Below, piece by piece: positions 55,109-64,000 of a stretch of 64,000 nt of DNA; the stretch's first letter is position 1; each line of letters begins with the position of its first letter. This DNA is from Eledone cirrhosa (taxonomy: Eukaryota): the NCBI GenBank assembly GCA_964016885.1, contig OZ024753.1, positions 10,106,001-10,170,000 on the forward strand. The letters are read 5' to 3'. A model generated the notes under the pieces. It did not search any database. It was not told the origin of the DNA and was given only the letters and a program-made list of their open reading frames with translations. A program made the position numbers and the translations under genes.

Positions 55109-55388
55109 GTCTAAAGTCTGTCTCAAGCCAGAAGGCTTATCAGCCGGTGCTTATCCGGGTTTCATGGCGTGAAGCGACTGAGATTACAAGACTACCCCTG
55201 GACAGGACGTCAGTCCATCGCAGGGTTAAACCCCCAGCTATTGTTGGTACTCATTTTTCAGCTGAGTATACTGGAGCAACGTGAAATGAAGTGTTTTGCT
55301 CAAGAACACAACACGCAACCCAGGAATCGAACCCACGACGTTATGATCGTAAGTCCAACACCCTTACCACTAGGCCACGTGCCTCTAC
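55109..55388 (-). mobile_element. tRNA-derived SINE with 12-bp TSD AGAGATGATATA
   Basis: Reverse A/B boxes (GGAATCGAACCC, CCACTAGGCCA). TSD at 55097-55108 and 55389-55400. Confidence 0.9.
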
Positions 55389-55501
55389 AGAGATGATATA
55401 ATAGTATATTAAATATCAAATAATACATATTATATATAAATATAGTAAAATAAAAAAATATACAATATTATATTTAAATTAACGATTGTATTTATTATAT
55501 A

Positions 55502-56363
55502 CTAGCAGTGGTACCCGGCGTTGCACGGGATAAGGTATTTTGGAGCGCGGACCGCCAATAGACCTAAAAACTGCATGCCTGGACAATATGTAAAGAAAAT
55601 AAACCGAATACTCTGATGGCTGGATAATCTTTAAGATTTTCCTCGATGAAGCAGGAAAAATGCAGGTTTTAGAGGATCAAGAAAATGAATTTTTTTATGT
55701 GCATAATATGCCTTGAAATTTCGGGAAAATCGGCTGGACGTAACGCCTCCAAAAAGCCCTAAGAAACTGAAAAAATGAAGTTTTTCACCTAATGCGGGCC
55801 CTAGGCCATAAGAAAGTTGGATTTTCTTTGCTTACGGTATGAAGAAGAGACTGACTAATACATAGTTACAATTTCAAGGAAATCGGTCTGACGTAACGCC
55901 TCAAAAAATGTTAAACGACGTAGTTTTTCACCTAATGCGGGCCCTAGGAGATACAAAAAGTTGAATTTTTTTATGTGCATAACACTCCCTGAAACATAAG
56001 TAATACACATGTAAAGTTTGAAAAAAATCGGTTGGGTACTTCTAGAGTTTTAGGGATTCAAACTCACACACACACATACAGACATCCTCAAGGAAGTGAC
56101 GTAATGCAGACATACAGACAGATATTATAAGGGCGCGACGTTATAAATATGTATCTATCTAAAAAGAAAAAGACTAAGAATTATAGAGCAAGATCGCTAA
56201 ATCGCCTAATGTGGTCCCTCGGGCATAGAAAATTTGAATTATTTTTGCTCAGAACACTCACTGAAACATAAGTACTACATGTGTAAAGTTTGGGTATTCT
56301 CAAGCTTTAGGGATTCGAACTCACACACACACAGACAGACATCCTCAGTTTTATATATATAGA
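55502..56363 (-). mobile_element. Non-autonomous Helitron
   Basis: Minus strand 5'-TC ... subterminal hairpin (CCCG..CGGG) ... CTAG-3'. Inserted between A and T with no TSD; internal duplications. Confidence 0.88.
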
Positions 56364-57314
56364 TTATATACAATTTGCGTGTAGATAGTTGTCTCTAGAA
56401 ATAGGGTTCATGAGGCGCTAAGGGTTTAACATGGCGGTGGTGGCCCCAAAAGTTTGAGAACCTCTGGTATAAAGCAACAACAAAGTTGTAGTTCCTCTCG
56501 TGACAAGACTGACTCTTTGCAAATACAGGTACAGTTAATTCTTTGCATCTGGGGGAACTGGAACAACATAAAAAAAAATTGTTTTGTTCGGAGACACAAG
56601 GCGCCGCTGGGAATTGAACTCTTGCTCTCGGGAAGCACACGCCTTCATTACATGCAATAACAGTAACAACAACAAAAGCAAGAACATAAAAAAATCAGGA
56701 TTTCATACAACAATATGTCTTTATTATCCTTTTTTTTAAAAAACATTCTTACACTTTGTAATTTTTTATTGATATTAATTAATTAATTAATTTAATTAAA
56801 ATTAGTTTATATTAATTTAAATTAAAATGAAAAAAAAAATACAGTGACCCGGTTAGGAGTTTTAAAATTTCCCCCAAAAGAAAATCAAAATTTTAAAATC
56901 TTTTCTTCTGGAATGGGTGTGGAGTGGGTTGGTGACCTTCTCAACGCAAAATGTACAAAAATTCTTCATCAAGAGATTGGTAACAAATTCTTCATTAAAA
57001 GATTGTTCATCTAACAGATAATGGTTGAGACAATTGGAATATTCGATAAATGTAATTAGTTTAGGATTCTTTATTGAAATATTCGATCAATACGACTATT
57101 AAGGGCTAAGAAAATGGAATATTGGTTCAATTTTACTAACATGGATTCTTAATGATATATACACACATTCCTGCTGCAGACTATATATATATCATATATT
57201 GAGTTAGAAACTCAAAATAGTCTTTTACAATTAAATAGTTCAAGGAAGAGAATCTTTCCGAGCCGTGTAATACAACTGAATATATGAGAGGGATGAACAC
57301 CGATACAAGTATAC

Positions 57315-57565
57315 ATTTTTTCACGCTCAGAGTTGCTGAAGCATGGAACAAACTGCCTGCGTCAATTGTTAGCTGCCGAGACACTGCATCCTTTAAGACA
57401 CTCATGCTTCCCGAAATACGCCAAAACTACACCTGATGTACCCCATGACTCATACACTGTTAATTTTCCTGACACTTTATTATTCTATGTACTATACATG
57501 CACCTTTGATGAGTTGTAGTGCACCTGAGCACTGTACACAATAATTTCATTATTATTATTATTAT
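57315..57565 (+). mobile_element. CR1-like LINE 3' end
   Basis: FFTLRVAEAWNKLPASIVSCRDTASFKTLM matches the CR1 ORF2 C-terminal motif; (ATT)n tail. Confidence 0.8.
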
Positions 57566-57673
57566 GTATTCGAATTGCAAATGACCAAGTTAGCTAGGTT
57601 GAAAAAATACTAATTTAAAACAATATGGTTTGCCTGTCTCGATTTAAAGTAATAAATCAATAAAAATAACAAA

Positions 57674-57716
<43 letters not shown>

Positions 57717-57909
57717 AAAGTATATATTGAGTTAGAAACCCAGAGTAGTTCCCTTACAATTAAAATATATATATACATATATCTGTTCAAAATTATAAGG
57801 GACCAAATTCGCTATGGTGAATAGTATACTAACTATAAACAGTACGGTTTGCCAGACACAATTAAAAGAATAAATTAAGAAAAAACAAACCGATTGTGAT
57901 AACTATCAA

Positions 57910-57986
57910 ACATCCCGACAGTCTTTGGTAAAACTGCTTCACATCAAGTGAGGGAATTACCAATTCTATCGCTCCTCAGTGGATGT
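57910..57986 (-). ncRNA. Degenerate hammerhead motif in a Penelope-like terminal fragment
   Basis: Minus strand: ACATCCA-CTGAGGA-...-GAAG-CAGTTTT-ACC-AAAGACTG-TC-GGGATGT (GAAA mutated to GAAG). Confidence 0.6.
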
Positions 57987-58244
57987 AAAAAGTTAGCAGA
58001 CTCTTCACTTCTAAGTTTCTTGTCTTCTAAACAAAATACATTTTAATAAATACGGAATAAACAAACAACATAAACGAAGAATAAATGTCTCTAAATATAA
58101 AAGTTTCTATTTTATTTGTTGTTGAAATATATTCATTAAAAGCAGACGACATTAAACGTCGCTGCCTCCGTTTGTTTTTCTTCTTGAACTTCCCCTAAAA
58201 AAAAACCAGACAAACAAAACAAGATAAATTCCACGACACTTCAG

Positions 58245-59152
58245 ATAGTTACGCTCCTTTACAGTCTGAGTTCAAATCCCGCCGAGTTTAACTTTGCCTT
58301 TCATCCTTACGGGGTCGATAAAATAAAGTACCAGTAATACACTGGATAATTTGCTGGCCTTGTGCCTAAAGTAGAAACAATTATTATTGTCAATATGGAA
58401 TCATTCATGTTTAATGCTTCAATATGATTCCCTACTAGGTTAACTTTGTCTTTCATCCTGACGGGTTCGATCAAATAAAGTACCCGTCATGCACTGGAGT
58501 TTAATTGCTGGCCTTGTGCCAAAAGTAGAAACAATTATTTTTTCGTGGATTTGTACTGACGTCTGCTGAAAAATGGCTCCGTAAGTTCGTCTGTTTTTCA
58601 CATTGTTTAAAATCATTATTTGTTTTAAATTTTGTACTGTTTTGTAGTTAAATCGATCAGTTTGCTTCGGGTGATCGATTTTAGTTTATTTGTAACTTTT
58701 AAAGGCTAAATTAAACATTTTTGAAACAAATTTACAACAAAATTACAAACAAAAAAAAAACATGGCGGAATAACCAGGGCCAGCCACTAAATGGAACAGC
58801 GGGCTGTCCGTAGAATGTAAGAGCCACATATGAATGAGTGTGAGGTAAGGAAATGTACCAAATCAACCTCCCATATATAAACTACCAGTAATACACTGGG
58901 GTTGGCTTAATCGACTTCCCTTCCTCTTAAAAGTGTTGGCCTTAAGCCTACATCAAATACCAGTGGATTGGCAGAACCGGTAGAGCGTCAGACACCATGC
59001 TTTGAAGCATAGAGTTATGGCCCTTTACGTTCTGAGTTCAAATGCCACCGAGGTTAGCTTTGCCTTTCATCCTTACGGGGTTGATAAAATAAAGTACCAG
59101 TAATACACTGGGGTAATTGCTGGCCTTGTGCCAAAAGGTAGAAACAATTATT
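58245..59152 (+). mobile_element. SINE-B copies and fragments (58245-58385, 58437-58537, 58965-59152)
   Basis: Homology to 9702-9890. Confidence 0.88.
58555..58850 (+). promoter_or_regulatory. Possible promoter / 5'UTR exons of a downstream gene
   Basis: Unique, CpG-containing island with TGACGTC, AAAATGGCTCC followed by GTAAGT (58581), tttgtAG acceptor (58647), YY1-like AACATGGCGG (58759-58768) and GAG/GTAAGG donor (58845). Confidence 0.35.
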
Positions 59153-59440
59153 ACAACTGCTACCTTTGTGTGTGTATGTGTCTGTGTATGTCTTTGTGGA
59201 TATGTGTTTGTGTATCACTGTGTGTGAGTATATCTGTCTGTTTGTACCTCTGTATATCTGTGTGTGTGTAACTATGTGTGTATGTATCTGTGTGTGTGTA
59301 TATATATGTATATATATATATATATATATCTTTGTATGTATGTATGTGTGTGTGTGTGTGCATATGTATGTATATATATATATATGTCTGTGTGTGTGTG
59401 TGTATATATGTATATATATATCTTTGTATGTATGTATCTC

Positions 59441-59471
<31 letters not shown>

Positions 59472-59492
59472 CTTTGTATGTATGTATCTGTG

Positions 59493-59527
<35 letters not shown>

Positions 59528-59574
59528 CTTTGTATGTATGTACCTGTGTGTATGTGTATGTATATATATATATC

Positions 59575-60267
59575 TTTCATCCTCAGTGTATACTGATTAA
59601 TGTTCAGAGCCATCCTCAGCATTCTCGTGTAGCACCCATCCACCATCTGAGTGAGTTTCATGGTCAGTCTCCAAGTCTCAGACCCGTACAGCAGCACAGA
59701 CTCCACTACAGCAATGTAGAGGCGGATTTTCAGGTCTTTACGAAGGTCCGACTTCCACAACGATCTCAAGCTGTGGCACGCCGCCCAGGCTCTGCTCTTT
59801 CTCTCAACCACATCATCTTCCGTATTCCCAAATCTTTGCTCCCAAATACAGGAAGCCCTCAACCAATCTAGCGGTTTCCCGCCTACATTAGTGATCCCCT
59901 CTGGCTTCTCAACATTCTCTACCAGATATTTTGTTTTAGCCTCATTCATTCTCAGCCCCACACTCATCAACACAGTCTCTGAGGATGAAAAACTCAGAGC
60001 TGTATGGGAGCCTCCCAAAAGTGACACAGAGGAGACTGAGGTTAGCTGGACATGCTCACCGACATCCAGAGTTGACATTGCACTCAGTTCTCCTTTGGGA
60101 GCCCCTACATGGACACACTAGAAGAGGAAGACCAAGGTTAACGTATGTTGATGCCCTAAGGACAGACACTGGTCTGTTGGAGACGCAGGACATGGCAGCG
60201 ATAATGAGGGACAGAGACCGCTGGAGAGAACTCGACCATGGATCTCGGGAATTTTACCCGCCCTAGA
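59575..60267. mobile_element. RTE-type LINE fragment with inverted 5' part (minus 59575-59978, plus 59979-60267)
   Basis: Minus: GLRMNEAKTK..VESVLLYGSETW..CYTRMLRMALN..LRMK. Plus continues [29 protein letters not shown]. Confidence 0.92.
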
Positions 60268-60673
60268 ATATATATATCTTTGTATGTATGTATCTGTGTG
60301 TGTATGTATATATATATATGTATATATCTTTGTATGTATGTATGTATGTGTGTGTGTGTGTATATATGTATATCTATATATATATATCTTTGTATGTATG
60401 TATCTGTGTGTATATATATGTATATATATATATCTATATATATCTTTGTATGTGTGCGTGTGTGTATATATGTATATATATATATATCTTTGTATGTATG
60501 TATGTATCTGTGTATGTATATATGTATATATATATATATATATCTTTGTATGTATGTATCTGTGTGTGTATATATGTATATATATATATATATATATCTT
60601 TGTATGTATGTATCTGTCTGTGTGTCTGTATATATGTGTGTATATATCTTTGTATGTACCTGTGTGTGTGTGC

Positions 60674-60725
<52 letters not shown>

Positions 60726-60913
60726 TTGTATGTATGTATGTGTGTGTGTATATATGTATATATATATATTTGTATGTATGTATGTATGTATGTGTGTGTA
60801 TATATGTATATATATATATTTGTATGTATGTGTGTGTGTGTATATATGTATATATATATATTTGTATGTATGTGTGTGTGTGTATATATGTATATATATA
60901 TTTGTATGTATGT

Positions 60914-60951
<38 letters not shown>

Positions 60952-61344
60952 CTTTGTATGTATGTATCTGTATATATATATATATCTTTGTATGTATGTA
61001 TGTATCTGTGCGTGTGTATAAATGTATATCTGTGTGTGTGTGTGTGTGTATCTATCTATTTTTATATGTGCGTATAGCTGTGTGTGTGTATATGTATCGC
61101 TGTTGTATATGTATATCAGTATGTATATATATATATATATATGTATGTCGGGTCACTCTTGAGTGTTACTGGTAACATGTAACCCAGTACAACCTGTCAC
61201 ATGGTCGGGTCGTCGGCGACTAAACCGGCAACCCCACCAAGTTTACTTGGTGAGGGGGTGATTTGGGTCACCCTGCAGGACAAAAAACAAAACCTAACAA
61301 AGGGTGGAAGAACTCATAAGGGTCAACGGCCATCCACAAGTGTG

Positions 61345-61378
<34 letters not shown>

Positions 61379-61404
61379 TGTGTATATATGTGTATATATA
61401 TATA

Positions 61405-61820
61405 TCCCGGGTCAGATGACTCCTTAGCCTTTGTCAAGGCAGAATTCTAGGAGAAGGAAAACTCTGATATAACACCTGCAACCCTGATGGTATCCAATGA
61501 TGTTGACTTGTTCTTCTTTTTGGTAAATATCATCTTGGTTAAGAGAGTGGGACTGGCTTTGTGCAGTGCCTTTGCTCACTATAAAAGCTTCACGGCACAG
61601 GCATTGCTTTATATCTGGAGATCTCTCTGCACTTGTCGTCAGATGGTACCATGGGCCCAGCACTATGTGTCAATAATTGTCACAAGTGTAGTGTTTGTAC
61701 CAGAGTTTTCAAGTCGCTGGCTGGACTAAAAAGTCACACTCGTTCAGCGCATCGGTAGGAGTTCTCCTACATGGATATAAAGTAGTGGCCGTACTCGAAA
61801 ACGAGTTGGCAGCCACCATA
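61405..61820 (+). mobile_element. Unclassified interspersed repeat (second copy 63425-63935, interrupted by SINE-B at ~63710-63870)
   Basis: Shared CTAGGAGAAGG(A)AACTC..ATGATGTTGA..GAGAGTGGGA..GCACAGGCATTGC..TGGCC.TACTCGA.AACGAG..GGCAGCCA. Confidence 0.7.
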
Positions 61821-61859
61821 TATATATATGCATGTGTATATCTGTATATATATATATGT

Positions 61860-62045
61860 GTGAAGGCGCATGGCTTATTGGTTAGAGCAGTAGGCTTGTA
61901 ATCGAAAGGTTGTGAGTTCAATTCTCGGACCGAGTGATGTGTTGTTTCCTTGAGCAAGACACTTTATTTCACGTTGCTCCAGTTTACTCAGCTGAAAATG
62001 AGTACCAGCAATAACTGGAGGTCTAACCCTGCGATGGACTGGTGC
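61860..62045 (+). mobile_element. tRNA-derived SINE (SINE-A head, 3' truncated)
   Basis: Head and body homologous to 7360. Confidence 0.88.
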
Positions 62046-62313
62046 ATTCATGTGTGCACGTGTATGTATATGCGCGGGTATATATATGTATATACATGTA
62101 TGTATGTATATGTATATATGTATATTCATGTGTGCACGTGTATGTATATGCGCGGGTATATATATGTATATGCATGTATATATGTATATATGTATATTCA
62201 TGTGTGCACGTGTATGTATATGCGCGGGTATATATATGTATATACATGTATGTATGTATATGTATATATGTATATTCATGTGTGCGCGTGTATGTATATG
62301 CGCGGGTATATAT

Positions 62314-62345
<32 letters not shown>

Positions 62346-63425
62346 ATATGTATATTCATGTGTGCACGTGTATGTATATGCGCGGGTATATATATGTATA
62401 TACATGTATGCATATGATTGTATATGTATATATGTATATTCATGTGTGCATGTGTATGTATATGCGCGGGTATATATATGTGTATACATGTATGTATATA
62501 TATGTATATATGTATATTCATGTGTGCACGTGTATGTATATGCGCGGTTATATATATGTGTATACATGTCTGCATATGTATGTATATGTATATTCATGTG
62601 TGCATGTGTATGTATATGCGCGGGTATATATATGTGTATACATGTATGTATATATATGTATATATGTATATTCATGTGTGCACGTGTATGTATATGCGCG
62701 GTTATATATATGTGTATACATGTCTGCATATGTATGTATATGTATATATGTATATTCATGTGTGTATGTATATGTATATATGTATATTCATGTGTGTATG
62801 TTTATGCGCTCGTATATATATGTATATACATGTATGTATATGTATATATGTATATTCATGTGTGCATGTGTATGCATATGCGCGGGTATATATATGTATA
62901 TGCATGTATATATGTATATTCATGTGTGCATGTGTATGCATATGCACGGGTATATATATGTATGTATATATATATATATATGTATATTCATGTGTGCACG
63001 TGTATGTATATGCGCGGGTATATATATGTATATACATGTATGCATATGTATGTATATGTATATATGTATATTCATGTGTGCACGTGTATGTATATGCGCG
63101 GGTATATATATGTATATACATGTATGTATGTATATGTATATATGTATATTCATGTGCGCATGTGTATGTATATGCGCGGGTATATATATGTATATACATG
63201 TCTGCATATGTGTATATGTATATATTCATGTGCGAATGTGTATGTATATGCGCGGGTATATATATGTATATACATGTCTGCATATGTATGTATATGTGTA
63301 TATGTATATATTCATGTGTATGTATATGCGCGGGTATATATATGTATATACATGTATGCATATGTATATATATATATATATATGTGTATATACATGGGTG
63401 CATGTGTATGTATATGCGTGCGCGG
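62045..63425. repeat. ~60-75-bp minisatellite of alternating R/Y sequence with a GCGCGGG core
   Basis: About 20 units of TTCATGTGTGCACGTGTATGTATATGCGCGGGTATAT... Confidence 0.95.
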
Positions 63426-64000
63426 GACATAGAAATAGTCGAGCTGGACACCCGATCTCACGGTTAAACCACTGGGGGTGAAGGACCCTAGCCCTTGTCA
63501 GGGCATTCTTCTAGGAGAAGGCAACTCAGGAAACTGGGATAACTCCGATATAAAACCTGCGGCTCAGTAGTTACCCATGATGTTGATCTTTTCTTTTTTT
63601 CAGGTTATAGCTACTGTCGCCCAGAGAGTGGGATTGGCTCCGTGCACAGTCTTTCCTCACTTTAAAACAAAAAATCTTCACGCACAGGCATTGCACGATA
63701 GCATTTAGTCGGTCGCCATGCTTTGTAGCAAAGAGTTACGGCCCTTTATGATCTGAGTTCAAATCCCGCCGAGGTTAACTTTGCCTTTCATCCTTACGGG
63801 GTCGATAAAATAAAGTACCAGTAATACCCTGAGCTAATTGCTGGCCTTGTGCCAAAAGTAGAAACAATTAATTAATAATTATTAATAATGTTATATCGTG
63901 CAATGGCCATACTCGATAACGAGGGGGCAGCCATCTTGTATGTGTGTGTATATATGTATCTCTATATGTGTGTATAAGTATGTATTCCTGTATGTGTCAA

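Larger units (their letters stand above)
55056..56466. mobile_element. hAT MITE family A with nested SINE and Helitron
   Basis: TIRs CAGAGATTCTCAAA / TTTGAGAACCTCTG and perfect 8-bp TSD GTATAAAG. Confidence 0.93.

Noticed and set aside
57960-58030. Apparent minus-strand exon (AG...GT, one open frame)
   Set aside because: Overlaps a hammerhead motif in a PLE-like terminal repeat and has no recognisable peptide.

Overview
Repeat-rich, AT-rich animal genomic DNA. The SINE/LINE inventory and huge (TA/TG)n tracts suggest an octopod cephalopod, but this is inference. One protein-coding gene is well supported: the 3' ten coding exons (1254 nt, 417 aa plus stop) of an MFSD14A/B (HIAT1, hippocampus abundant transcript-like) MFS transporter on the + strand, 3609-42304. 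All introns are GT-AG and phase-consistent; the N-terminal exons lie upstream of the window. One 23 kb intron holds a ~10.8 kb, near-homogeneous 92/93-bp tandem array with higher-order structure and a 200-N gap. The rest is two tRNA-derived SINE families, fragments of RTE, Tx1/L1-like, CR1-like and Penelope-like retroelements, hAT and mariner MITEs, Helitrons and minisatellites. The most unusual signals are: many hammerhead-ribozyme motifs, often in short foldback elements embedded in (TA)n tracts; a twin-primed (5'-inverted) RTE-type insertion; apparent SINE-LINE partnerships with (ATT)n-targeted stacking; and a two-hairpin satellite unit. A possible promoter/5'UTR of the next gene lies near 58.55-58.85 kb. 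Almost all long ORFs in the supplied track are repeat artefacts.
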